DNA of 64,000 nucleotides from Lysobacter sp. GTDB taxonomy: Bacteria; Pseudomonadota; Gammaproteobacteria; Xanthomonadales; Xanthomonadaceae. This document shows positions 1-9,048 of the stretch, in pieces. The translations under genes were made by a program, and so were the position numbers. The notes below the pieces were generated by a model, which saw only the letters and a program-made list of their open reading frames with translations, was not told the DNA's origin and did not search any database. Position 1 is the stretch's first letter; every line of letters begins with the position of its first letter. Where the stretch lies: NCBI GenBank assembly GCA_036524915.1, contig DATDBI010000324.1:9676-73675 (forward strand). The letters are read 5' to 3'.

Positions 1-137
1 TGGCCTGAGGCGCCACCCGCACAGGCTCGGGCTGGAAGTCTCCTTCAGCTGGCCGACAGCCTAAGGGGTCGACATTCACGCCACGCCGAAATGCCTCCAC
101 GCAGCATGCAGGCATGTTTTCGTCTGCAAGGCGCACC

Positions 138-1121
138 ATGAAACCGATCCTGCATGCCGCTGTCCTGTGCGCACTCTTCTCCTCCACGGCCTCGTTCGCG
201 CAGTCTGCAGTGACGGACGCGCCGGACCTGTTGCGGGCCAGTGACGCGACAGCGCTTCCCGGCGATCTGAAGGAAGACGCCAACGCCGCCGCGCGTTTGC
301 GGGTGCAGATATTGCTCGATCGCCTTCAGTTCGGTCCGGGCGAGATCGATGGGCGTTGGGGCAGCAATACCGAACGCGCCATCGCCGCCTTTCAGCGCAG
401 TCGAAACCTGGAGGCGAGCGGGTCGATCGACGCGGCGACCTGGCAGGCACTCAACGCCGACACCGCGCCGGTGCTCGTGGAGTACCGCCTTACTGCACAG
501 GACATCGCCGGTCCGTACAACGCGCTTCCCGACGATATGATGGCCAAGGCCGCGTTGCCGCAACTGGGCTTCACTTCGCTAGGCGAAGCCCTGGGTGAGC
601 GCTTCCATGCCAGTCCTGCGCTGTTGCAGGCGCTCAATTCCGGCGCCGATTTCAGCCGCGAAGGCACGACGCTGTGGGTGCCGAACGCGCAGGCGGCCGT
701 GCCGACAAAGGCGGCCTCGGTGGTCGTGGACCAGTCGGATGCGTCGGTGATCCTGCGCGACGAGCAGGGCCGCGTCTATGCACGCTATCCCGCGTCGATC
801 GGCAGCGAACACGACCCGCTGCCGATCGGTCGGTGGTCGATCAAGGGTGTCGCCCGCGATCCCCATTTCCAGTACAACCCCAAACTCTTCTGGGATGCCG
901 AGCCGGGTCACTCGAAAGCGAAACTTGCGCCGGGTCCGAACAATCCGGTCGGCGTGGTGTGGGTGGACCTGAGCAAGGACCATTACGGCATCCACGGCAC
1001 GCCGGAGCCGGGCAAGGTCGGCAAGACCGAGTCACATGGCTGCATCCGCCTGACGAACTGGAACGCTGTCGCGCTGGCTGGCGCGGTTGCGCCCGGTACA
1101 CCGGCCGTACTGCAGCAATGA
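138..1121 (+). CDS. L,D-transpeptidase (YkuD family) with N-terminal peptidoglycan-binding domain, secreted
   Basis: Signal peptide MKPILHAAVLC...ASFA; PG_binding_1-like segment (IDGRWGSNTERAIAAFQ); catalytic HGT...SHGCIRL motif. Start taken at ATG 138. Confidence 0.9.
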   Translation: MKPILHAAVLCALFSSTASFAQSAVTDAPDLLRASDATALPGDLKEDANAAARLRVQILLDRLQFGPGEIDGRWGSNTERAIAAFQRSRNLEASGSIDAATWQALNADTAPVLVEYRLTAQDIAGPYNALPDDMMAKAALPQLGFTSLGEALGERFHASPALLQALNSGADFSREGTTLWVPNAQAAVPTKAASVVVDQSDASVILRDEQGRVYARYPASIGSEHDPLPIGRWSIKGVARDPHFQYNPKLFWDAEPGHSKAKLAPGPNNPVGVVWVDLSKDHYGIHGTPEPGKVGKTESHGCIRLTNWNAVALAGAVAPGTPAVLQQ

Positions 1122-1145
1122 CACGCTGACGCAACGGAGGCGCAG

Positions 1146-1844
1146 ATGGGCAAGGCCGTGCTGTTGTTCCTCGTGATCGTCCTCGCCGGCGCGAACCTGG
1201 TGATGTATCGCTACGGCCATGATCGGCCGGCGGTGGCATCGACTGCGCAGGCAAGCGCGCCACCGAGCGCCTCGCTCCCGGTCGCCTCGTCGCCAGGAAT
1301 TGGCACCGCGCCTCCCGCCCCGGTGTCCACGGGCAACAACCCCGCCAGCGCACCGGTCGCCGCCTCGCCGGCCATGCCGGTAGCCACGCAGAGCGTCCCG
1401 GGCGTCGCAGGCACCGGGCTTCTGGTTCCGGTGCAAGGCATCACTGCGGCGCAGCTGGACGACACCTTCAGCGACGCGCGTTCGCAGGGTCGCGTGCACG
1501 AGGCCATCGACATCATGGCGCCGCGCGGAACGCCAGTGCTGGCCGTTGCCGACGGCACGGTCGAGAAGCTCTTCACCAGCGTGCCGGGCGGCCTGACCCT
1601 CTACCAGTTCGAACCCAGCGGTCGCTATGCCTACTACTACGCGCACCTGGACAGGTACGCCGATGGCCTGCGCGAGAAACAGGCCATCCGGCGCGGCGAC
1701 GTGATCGGCTACGTCGGCAGTACCGGCAACGCCGATCCGTCGGCGCCGCACCTGCATTTCGCCATCTTTGAACTGGGCCCGGAACGGCAATGGTGGAAGG
1801 GCACGGCGATCAACCCCTACCCGTTCCTCAAGGTCGTCCAATAG
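1146..1844 (+). CDS. M23 family metallopeptidase (peptidoglycan endopeptidase), N-terminally anchored
   Basis: HEAID (HxxxD), YAHL and HLH motifs; hydrophobic N-terminus followed by a Pro/Ala/Ser linker; GGAGG RBS. Confidence 0.9.
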   Translation: MGKAVLLFLVIVLAGANLVMYRYGHDRPAVASTAQASAPPSASLPVASSPGIGTAPPAPVSTGNNPASAPVAASPAMPVATQSVPGVAGTGLLVPVQGITAAQLDDTFSDARSQGRVHEAIDIMAPRGTPVLAVADGTVEKLFTSVPGGLTLYQFEPSGRYAYYYAHLDRYADGLREKQAIRRGDVIGYVGSTGNADPSAPHLHFAIFELGPERQWWKGTAINPYPFLKVVQ

Positions 1845-1976
1845 GGTGGCCCGGCATGCCTGCCCGGGGCATGGCCGAATCTCTTTCCCGCCCCTCGCGC
1901 CGAAGCACGCGCTCCGATAACCTGCTCAGCGAAATCAAGCTGAAGCCGCTTCGTCGGCCGCCCCAGGGGGAACAAC

Positions 1977-2786
1977 GTGACGCTATCTGCTCGCCGTTTC
2001 ACGGCGCTCGCCGCCGTGCTGTGCGTGATCATCTCCGGTGCCGGCTGCACCGTCGCCCAGCCCGACCCGGGTGACGTGGCCGTCTACCAGGACCGTCCCT
2101 ACGTCTTCGGTCATGAGGGCATCCGGCCCGAGGTCCTGACGGAAGGCCGTGACGTGACCTGGCTGTCCACCCAGATCATCTACGTCACCACCGCGCCGCA
2201 GACCCTGCACGTGCCGTTTCAGGACCTCTCGTCGATGGACAACATCCTGCTCGACTTCGACACCAGCGTGCAGCTGCGCGTCGTCGATGCGGCGGACACC
2301 CTCAAGCGGTTCGGTCCACGCTGGTGGGAGAACAACGTGCTGTCGCCCTACAACTCGATCGTGCGCAAGGCGGTCAAGTCCGAAAAGATGGCGCAGATGA
2401 TGTCCGACCCCGTCGCGGCAGAGAAGGTGGACCAGGAAGTCACCGAACAGCTGCGCGCGCTGATCAAGGCATCTGGCATTCGCGCGGAAGTGATGGCGGT
2501 CAACCTCGGCAAGGCCAAGCCGAACGACAACGTGCTGGCGCAGATGAACAATACCGCCGCGGAACAGCAGCGCAACCTGACCCTGGTTGCCGCCACGATC
2601 GCCGAGCAGCAGCGCAAGCTGGAGCAGGAAGCCAAGGCCGACGCCGACAACGCCTATCGCAACAAGATGGGCCTGTCGCCCGAGCAGTACCTGGCCCGCC
2701 AGCTGGCCGAGATCCAGGCCGAAGCGTGCAAGTCGGCAGCGGCGTGCTACCTCGTTCCGCAGGGGACGAACGTCGTCGCGAAGTAG
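1977..2786 (+). CDS. SPFH/band 7 domain protein, probable lipoprotein
   Basis: Band-7-like pattern (DLSSMDNILLDFDTSVQLRV...), C-terminal coiled coil; lipobox-like GAGC; GTG start after a purine-rich RBS. Confidence 0.75.
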   Translation: MTLSARRFTALAAVLCVIISGAGCTVAQPDPGDVAVYQDRPYVFGHEGIRPEVLTEGRDVTWLSTQIIYVTTAPQTLHVPFQDLSSMDNILLDFDTSVQLRVVDAADTLKRFGPRWWENNVLSPYNSIVRKAVKSEKMAQMMSDPVAAEKVDQEVTEQLRALIKASGIRAEVMAVNLGKAKPNDNVLAQMNNTAAEQQRNLTLVAATIAEQQRKLEQEAKADADNAYRNKMGLSPEQYLARQLAEIQAEACKSAAACYLVPQGTNVVAK

Positions 2787-2906
2787 GCGTTGAGCGGATC
2801 CATTGGGTGTCCCCTTGCGACCCTTGGCGGATATCGTAGCGCCCTCATCCTCAACCGCGCCGAGAGTCAGCAAACCACCTCGAAGTTCGATCCACATGGA
2901 GGATGC

Positions 2907-3206
2907 ATGGTATTCAAGCTCCGATTGTTGGCCTCCGCACTCTTCTTGTGCGCCTTGGCGCTGGGTTGGAAAGCGCTTGCGCTGATGGGAGCGGGTTCGC
3001 ACTTCGGGAGCCCAGCGCTACAGATCTGCAGTCTCATAGACGAACCAGTCAATCTCGCAAGAGCCTGCGATCTCCTCAGGACGCAGGTTGACGCGATGTC
3101 CGCCCAGTACGACGAGGCCTTCCAACTGACAGGATTGGCCTCGGTCTTTGGGTTCTTTCTTGGTGCGGCAGCTCTGACTTTGAGTTTCGAAATGCGGAAG
3201 GCCTGA
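2907..3206 (+). CDS. hypothetical small membrane protein (two hydrophobic segments)
   Basis: GGAGGA RBS directly before ATG 2907; visibly lower GC and atypical codons. Confidence 0.55.
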   Translation: MVFKLRLLASALFLCALALGWKALALMGAGSHFGSPALQICSLIDEPVNLARACDLLRTQVDAMSAQYDEAFQLTGLASVFGFFLGAAALTLSFEMRKA

Positions 3207-3306
3207 CTGCTCCACGCCCCCCGTTCACGAATGCCGCTCTTCGGCCCGGGCGATGCTATCGTCCGCTTCGGCGAAACCGATTGACTGATTCGACAGGGGC
3301 GGCGAG

Positions 3307-4053
3307 ATGGACGTCGATGCGCAGGCGAAAGTGGACAACGCAGCCGATTTCGACTGGGCGCACGACGACGTGTTCGGGCGCATCGCATCGCGCTACGACC
3401 TGCTGTGCGATCTCTTCAGCCTGGGCATCCATCGGCTCTGGAAACGCCGCGTCGCACGGCGCATCGCGGACGAACACTGGACCCGGTTGCTGGACGGCGC
3501 GACCGGCACCGGCGACATCATCCTGCGCTTACTGGCACACGAATCCACGGCCGATCGCACCGTCATCGCGTCTGACGTGAGCACGGGGATGCTGGGCGTT
3601 GCGCAGCGTCGGCTTGGCAACAATGCACAGCGCGTGAGGTTTGAGCGCCTCGATGCAGAGCACATGCCATCGGTTGCGGACGAAGGCGTGGATGCGTACT
3701 CGATCTCGCTCGCGCTGAAGATCTGCAATCGCGGGAAAGTACTCAATGAAGCCTTACGCGTGCTCTCGCCCGGTGGAAGGTTGATCGTGCTCGAAGCATC
3801 CAACATCCCCTGGCGGCCGCTTCAGGCGGCGTACCTGGCTTACATGTCGGTGTGCATGCCGTTGCTGGGCTGGCTCGCCACAGGCGGTGACGCGTCGGCC
3901 TACCGGTACCTGCTGCAGGGCATCCGGGAGTTTCCGAGTGCTGAGGGTCTGGCGGACGAGTTGCGCGCACACGGTTTCGAGGACGTCACCTTCGAGCGGC
4001 AGTCGCTGGGCATCGTTGCGATCCACACGGCGCGAAAGCCATGGGCAGCTTGA
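3307..4053 (+). CDS. UbiE/MenG/COQ5-family SAM-dependent methyltransferase (paralogue)
   Basis: VFGRIASRYDLLCDLFSLGIHRLWK, LLDGATGTGD SAM motif, AYRYL..SIREFP-like C-terminus. Confidence 0.85.
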   Translation: MDVDAQAKVDNAADFDWAHDDVFGRIASRYDLLCDLFSLGIHRLWKRRVARRIADEHWTRLLDGATGTGDIILRLLAHESTADRTVIASDVSTGMLGVAQRRLGNNAQRVRFERLDAEHMPSVADEGVDAYSISLALKICNRGKVLNEALRVLSPGGRLIVLEASNIPWRPLQAAYLAYMSVCMPLLGWLATGGDASAYRYLLQGIREFPSAEGLADELRAHGFEDVTFERQSLGIVAIHTARKPWAA

Positions 4054-4080
4054 CGGCTTGATCAAATCCTCCTGGCGCCG

Positions 4081-5331
4081 TCATAGCAGGTGGCGCAGCG
4101 TCGGCAGGTACTTCTCGCTGGAGCCGGTGTTGACCGCGACCACCCGCTCGCCGCGCCGGACCAGGCCGCGGTCGAGTAGCTGCGGCAGGGCCGCGAGGCA
4201 GGCTGCGCCCTCCGGCGAGAGCCAGTCGTGCGTGCGGCGCCACGCCTGTGCGATTTCGGTTTCGATCGCAGCTTCATCGACCGCGACCGCCGCGCCACCG
4301 CTCGCCCGGATGATGTCCAGAACGCGGAAATGACCGACGCCGCCGGGCACGTTGAGACCCACGGCGAGGGTCGCGCCCGCCTCGACAACTGTCGTGTCCG
4401 CCGCGCCGTCGTCGAACGCACGCACGAGCGGGGCAGTTCGTGCGCTCTGCACGCACAGCATGCGCGGGCGTCGCGCACCGATCATCCCGAGTGCCTCGAG
4501 CTCGTCCCACGCCTTCCACATGCCCAGCACGCCGGTGCCGCCCCCGGTGGGATAGATCACCGCATCGGGCAACGACCAGCGTGTTTCGCCCGGCACCGGC
4601 TCAGCGAGTTCGAGGCCGAGCGACTTCTTGCCCTCGATCCGCCAACCCGGTTCCTGAAACGTCGCGACGGAAAACCAGCCATTCGGGATGTAGCGCTCCT
4701 TGAGGAACGCGCCGGCCTCGCGGATGGTGGGGCCGACCAGCTCAAGAATCACCCGATCGGGATAGCGCTTGGCGGCCGCGGCGACGCCGCCGAGAATGGG
4801 CATCGGCGTGTCGTCCGGCATCGCGACTACGACGCTCAGTCCGCCTTCGAGCGCGTAACGTACCAGCGAATCGCCGGCGTTGCCCTGCGTCGGCACCGCG
4901 AGTTTGGTCAGCCCCAGGCGTCGCGCCTGCGCGGCGACCATCGCCATACCGCGATCCTTGAAGCTCTGCGTCGGGTTCGCGCCGTAGCCGGGATGCGCCT
5001 TGCCTTCGTCCTTGAGCTGGAGCGCAAGGCCTGCCTTTGCCGCGACCGGATGCGTCGAGTAATCGAGCAGCGGCGTCGCGCCTTCGCCGAGCGGGACGAG
5101 ATGCGCGGCGTCGACCGGATTGTCGGCATCGAGCGCCATCAACGCGCCAAAGCGCCACAGGTCGCGACGCTCCGGTCGATACCAGGCCGCATCTGGTTTC
5201 TCGCGCGCCAGTCGCTCGAGGTCGAGCACCATCTCGACCGGCCGGCCATCGACCGGATCGAGGTTCATCGGTAGATCGGCGGAATACTCGACGCCGGAGG
5301 CAATACCGCGAACGCAGCGGACGTAGGACAT
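4081..5331 (-). CDS. threonine synthase-like PLP-dependent enzyme (fold type II)
   Basis: LGEGATP, NPTQSFKDRG (PLP lysine), TQGNAG, PTGGGTG, SPEGA and NTGS motifs; start at ATG 5331. Confidence 0.85.
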   Translation of the reverse strand: MSYVRCVRGIASGVEYSADLPMNLDPVDGRPVEMVLDLERLAREKPDAAWYRPERRDLWRFGALMALDADNPVDAAHLVPLGEGATPLLDYSTHPVAAKAGLALQLKDEGKAHPGYGANPTQSFKDRGMAMVAAQARRLGLTKLAVPTQGNAGDSLVRYALEGGLSVVVAMPDDTPMPILGGVAAAAKRYPDRVILELVGPTIREAGAFLKERYIPNGWFSVATFQEPGWRIEGKKSLGLELAEPVPGETRWSLPDAVIYPTGGGTGVLGMWKAWDELEALGMIGARRPRMLCVQSARTAPLVRAFDDGAADTTVVEAGATLAVGLNVPGGVGHFRVLDIIRASGGAAVAVDEAAIETEIAQAWRRTHDWLSPEGAACLAALPQLLDRGLVRRGERVVAVNTGSSEKYLPTLRHLL

Positions 5332-5470
5332 GGGCGCACCCGATCGGAGGTCCGTCGTTGTCGCAGCCCCGCGCCCGGATTGCAACCACGCGCGGCTCCC
5401 TGTTCGTGGTACCGACCGCTCCTGGCCGAAAGCGGTCATTCGTGCTTGATCGCGCCTCCAGTAATCCGCC

Positions 5471-6652
5471 TCAAGCCATCTGCGCCGCCGTGGCCGCTGA
5501 CCTCGCAGGCGGCTGGCGCTTTAGCCCGAACAACGGCCGCAGCACGCCCACCCTGCGCACGATTTCATACCCGCCGAAACACACCGCGAACGTCAGCACG
5601 ACCAGCAACGGCCCTTCGACCAGCGGCGCGATGTCCAGCGGCTTGAGCCAGTACGCCGCGACTACGATCACGGTCTGATGCAGGATGTAGACCGGGAAAA
5701 CGGCCGGGGTCAGGTAACGCAGCGCTGCGTTGTCCGCATGCCGGAATCGATAGGCGAAGCCGAAGATCGCGGTGATCGCCGCCCACTGGTTCAACGCCCA
5801 TATCACGCGCTGGAATCCGCGGAAGAGGTCCGGCGGAGGATTGGCATCGTCGTAGCCGAGGAAGTACCAGGTGATGAAGGCATAGCTGGCGATGGCCAGG
5901 GCGAGGCTCACCCAGCGCAGCCGCTGCAGCGTTTCCCAGAAGCCTTGTGCCCGCGCCATCAGGAACCCGAGCAGGAACACGCTGAAGTACTGGGCGTGGT
6001 TGTACCAGTCGTCCACCAGCGCGTGCGTGGATTCGAAGCGGCCAACCAGCGCGATCCGCGCCAGCGCCAGCAGCACCACCGGCCAGACCAGCGCCCCCCA
6101 GCCCGTCAGAGCGCCGCCTAGCCAGTCGCCCAGTCGCTGCATCACGTTCGGCATCAGCCGGGCGCCAAGCCACACGACCACGGTATAGACCCACAGGTAC
6201 GCCACGAACCACAGGTGGTTCCAGGTCGGCAGTCTCAGGCAACCGTCGGCGTCGCAGAAGGTGTTGTCGGCCATCAGGTAGCGGCCCCAGAACGCCAGGT
6301 AGCCGTCGTGGTAGCCGCCCGGATAGCCCGAATCGAGCAGCTCGTAGTAGGCCTGCGGCGGCACGATCACCAGCATGCCGAACAGCAGCGGCACCAGCAG
6401 TCGCCACGAGCGGGGGCCCAGGAAACGCTTGCCCGCCTTGCCCAGCAGGAAGGAGGTGGCCACCCCCGAGACGAGGAACAGCAACGACAGCCGCCACGGG
6501 CTGGTCAGCATCATGAAGGGTTCCAGCGCCTGGCTGGCGTGGTCACTTTTTACGTGCCAGTCCCAGCTCACGTAGTACATGCCCACGTGGAAGAGGACCA
6601 GCAGGCAGAAGGCGCAGACGCGGACCCAGTCGAGGTCGTGGCGGCGATCCAT
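5471..6652 (-). CDS. acyltransferase family 3 membrane protein (OpgC/MdoC-like)
   Basis: RRHDLDWVR, WRLSLLFLVSG, RLLVPLLFG, HLWFVAYL and YILHQT motifs; about 10 TM helices; GGAG RBS before ATG 6652. Confidence 0.85.
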   Translation of the reverse strand: MDRRHDLDWVRVCAFCLLVLFHVGMYYVSWDWHVKSDHASQALEPFMMLTSPWRLSLLFLVSGVATSFLLGKAGKRFLGPRSWRLLVPLLFGMLVIVPPQAYYELLDSGYPGGYHDGYLAFWGRYLMADNTFCDADGCLRLPTWNHLWFVAYLWVYTVVVWLGARLMPNVMQRLGDWLGGALTGWGALVWPVVLLALARIALVGRFESTHALVDDWYNHAQYFSVFLLGFLMARAQGFWETLQRLRWVSLALAIASYAFITWYFLGYDDANPPPDLFRGFQRVIWALNQWAAITAIFGFAYRFRHADNAALRYLTPAVFPVYILHQTVIVVAAYWLKPLDIAPLVEGPLLVVLTFAVCFGGYEIVRRVGVLRPLFGLKRQPPARSAATAAQMA

Positions 6653-6717
6653 GGCGTACTCCGGCAAATGGGAACAGCGCCTATTGGAGGGGCGCGGGCC
6701 GATGCCGGAGCGGCGAG

Positions 6718-6765
6718 GGGATGGGACGTGGGGCGCGAGGGACGAGCTGCGGTCTTCGGGGACGA
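6718..6765. promoter_or_regulatory. putative LytTR-binding direct repeats (GGGATGG / GGGACGA / GGGACGA)
   Basis: Repeats start at 6718, 6739 and 6759 (period 21 and 20 bp) in the divergent intergenic region next to a LytTR gene. Confidence 0.5.
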
Positions 6766-6806
6766 AGAAGGGCCGGTCGAAGCAGCCGCTCCCCTAGAAT
6801 GCGCGG

Positions 6807-7670
6807 ATGCCCGAATGCGCCTCCGACGCCGTCTACCGCCGCTTCCAGCCGTGGCGTCGCAGCCTCGAGGCCGGCTTCTGGGTCGCGGTGGTCGGTATCA
6901 ACTGCGCGGCCAACAGCGTCACCACATTGATGGACATCCGCCGTGGACAGTCCGGCATCCACGGCTGGGAGCCGGCGGTCTGGGAGCTCAGCAGCGGCCT
7001 GATGTGGGTGCTGGTGCTGGTGCCAGCGATTGCCTGGTTCACCCGTCGCTTCCCCCTGCACTGGGACACCTGGCGGCGGCAGCTGCCCTGGTACCTGCTG
7101 GCCAGCGTGGCGGTGGCGCTGGTGCACGTGGCCGGCATGGTGACGCTGCGCGTGCTCATCTACCGATGGCACGGGATGGACTACGAGTTTGGTCCCTGGG
7201 CGCGGCAGTTCCTGTACGAGTACCTCAAGGACGTCCGCAGCTTCGCGATCATCGCCCTGACCATGGAGGCGTACCGCTTCACGCTGCGACGCTGGCAGGG
7301 CGAGGCCAGCCTGCTCGCCGCACCGGACGAAGGTCCGCCGGTGGAGCCGATCGAACTGCCCGAGCGCTTCCTGGTGCGCAAACTGGGCCGTGAGTTCCTG
7401 GTCGCGGCCAACGACATCGAATGGCTGCAGGCGGCGAGCAACTACGTCAATCTGCGGGTCCGCGGCCACGACTACCCGCTGCGCAGCACGATTGCCGGCA
7501 TCGAAGGCCAACTGGATCCGCGCAGCTTCGTCCGCATCCACCGCAGCTATATCGTCAACCTCGGCCAGGTCGCTTCGATCGAGCCGCTCGACAGTGGCGA
7601 TGCGCGGGTGCACCTGAAGGATGGCAGCCACTTGCCGTGCAGCCGGCGTTACCGGGATGCATTGAGGTAG
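6807..7670 (+). CDS. membrane-anchored LytTR DNA-binding regulator (about 4 TM + LytTR, no receiver domain)
   Basis: C-terminal LytTR (IEWLQAASNYVNL...FVRIHRSYIVN...SRRYR); four hydrophobic N-terminal segments; TAGAAT 6795-6800 just upstream. Confidence 0.88.
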   Translation: MPECASDAVYRRFQPWRRSLEAGFWVAVVGINCAANSVTTLMDIRRGQSGIHGWEPAVWELSSGLMWVLVLVPAIAWFTRRFPLHWDTWRRQLPWYLLASVAVALVHVAGMVTLRVLIYRWHGMDYEFGPWARQFLYEYLKDVRSFAIIALTMEAYRFTLRRWQGEASLLAAPDEGPPVEPIELPERFLVRKLGREFLVAANDIEWLQAASNYVNLRVRGHDYPLRSTIAGIEGQLDPRSFVRIHRSYIVNLGQVASIEPLDSGDARVHLKDGSHLPCSRRYRDALR

Positions 7671-7796
7671 CGCACGATTGGCGTGGTGCTGGATTCCTGG
7701 GCCCGGTGAATGAGTTGCCGATCGTGGCCCATGACGATCATTCGAGGGGTCTGCGATAAAGTGGGAGCAGGGAATCTGGGGGGCACGGGACAAGCC

Positions 7797-8309
7797 ATGG
7801 AAGCATCGACGCCGAGAGCGATAGAGCTTGTCTGCACGCTGACGCTCATTGAGCGGGTTCGAGCGTCCGTTCTGCTCATCTGGCAACGCTGGCTCAGCGT
7901 GGCGTTTGCTGCGGTCTGGGTGATAGCGGGAGTCTCGCTGATAGTGCTCTATTGGCACAAAGAGGTTCCAATCACACCGGCGATATGGATGGTCGCCGTC
8001 GCCTGCGCCCTCTTTGCGCCGTCAATGGCGATCATTGGCGCGATCAGCGCGCACTTCAACAAGCGCAACCGCGAACGGTTCACGTATACGTTCAACGATA
8101 TCGGCATCCACGTTTCTGCGGACTCGTATGAGTACACGCACAAGTGGGTCGCCATCTCGCGTGTGAAGCGACTGGGCGGCTTTCTGATGATTTTCTTTTC
8201 TCCGGGGTGTGCCCATTGCATGCCGCTTCATGCGGTGCATGCCGCGGAGGCATTTGAGCCGCTGCTGAAACTGGCAGCCGAGCATGGAGTGCCCACGGAT
8301 GATGCCTAG
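7797..8309 (+). CDS. YcxB-like membrane protein
   Basis: Two TM helices, then YTFNDIGIHV...HKWVAISRV pattern typical of the YcxB C-terminal domain; lower GC. Confidence 0.6.
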   Translation: MEASTPRAIELVCTLTLIERVRASVLLIWQRWLSVAFAAVWVIAGVSLIVLYWHKEVPITPAIWMVAVACALFAPSMAIIGAISAHFNKRNRERFTYTFNDIGIHVSADSYEYTHKWVAISRVKRLGGFLMIFFSPGCAHCMPLHAVHAAEAFEPLLKLAAEHGVPTDDA

Positions 8310-8322
8310 CGGGACGTCGGGA

Positions 8323-9048
8323 ATGCCCCGAAAGCCGAGGGACCCGGTGAGCGAGCTCGCCCTTGTTCGCAATAGGCTGGAGCGCTTCGGCTGGCCGCGC
8401 CTGCAGATGATGGCGATCGTGCTGGTGACCGCGGTAGCGGGACTGGTGGTCTCCTTTCTCCTTCGCATGGCAGGCATCGATTCGATGCCGTTGCGCTACC
8501 CGCTGGCGATCCTCGCCGCCTACGGCGTCTTCCTGCTGCAGATGTGGGCGTGGATGCGTTGGCGCGACGACCCCGTCGACGACGTGCTCGACGCGGGAGC
8601 CGACCTCGCGACGTCCATGCCAGGTGAAATCGGCGCTGCCTGGACCGGTGCCGGCGGCCGTTCCGGTGGCGCGGGCAGCTCGGCCTCGTGGAGCGCGACC
8701 GCTGATTCCACCGCCTCGGCCGATGCATCGGTGCTGGACGCCGTCGAGGGTGAGCACCTGCCGGTGGTGGTGATCCTTGCGCTCGTGGCGACGGCTGTCA
8801 TCGCGGCTGGTTGGGTCGTCTGGTCGGCACCGGCGCTGATGGCCGAGCTGATCCTGGACGCGGCAATCGCGGGAGGACTCTACCGGCGCATGCGGGTCGT
8901 GGAGGCCCAGGGCTGGTGGTGGGTATGCGTTCGACACACGGCATGGCCACTCGCGGGGGTCATTGTGTTCTTCGGGGTGCTCGGCGGGATCGTCCAGCTG
9001 CTTGTTCCCGAAGCATCGACCCTGCTCGAGGGACTGCGGGCCATTTAA
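8323..9048 (+). CDS. conserved hypothetical membrane protein
   Basis: Multi-TM ORF with a central GAGGRSGGAGSSASW Gly-rich motif; start uncertain. Confidence 0.65.
   Translation: MPRKPRDPVSELALVRNRLERFGWPRLQMMAIVLVTAVAGLVVSFLLRMAGIDSMPLRYPLAILAAYGVFLLQMWAWMRWRDDPVDDVLDAGADLATSMPGEIGAAWTGAGGRSGGAGSSASWSATADSTASADASVLDAVEGEHLPVVVILALVATAVIAAGWVVWSAPALMAELILDAAIAGGLYRRMRVVEAQGWWWVCVRHTAWPLAGVIVFFGVLGGIVQLLVPEASTLLEGLRAI

Noticed and set aside
2789-3260. Possible integron cassette (GTTGAGC before the 2907 gene, GCCTGAC at its end; GCCTAGC at the end of the 7797 gene)
   Set aside because: Only short degenerate core-site matches; no attC-like inverted repeat or integrase seen.
4050-4065. TTGAC-N6-ATCAA resembling an FNR box
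   Set aside because: Spacer is 6 rather than 4 nt, and it lies between convergent gene ends.
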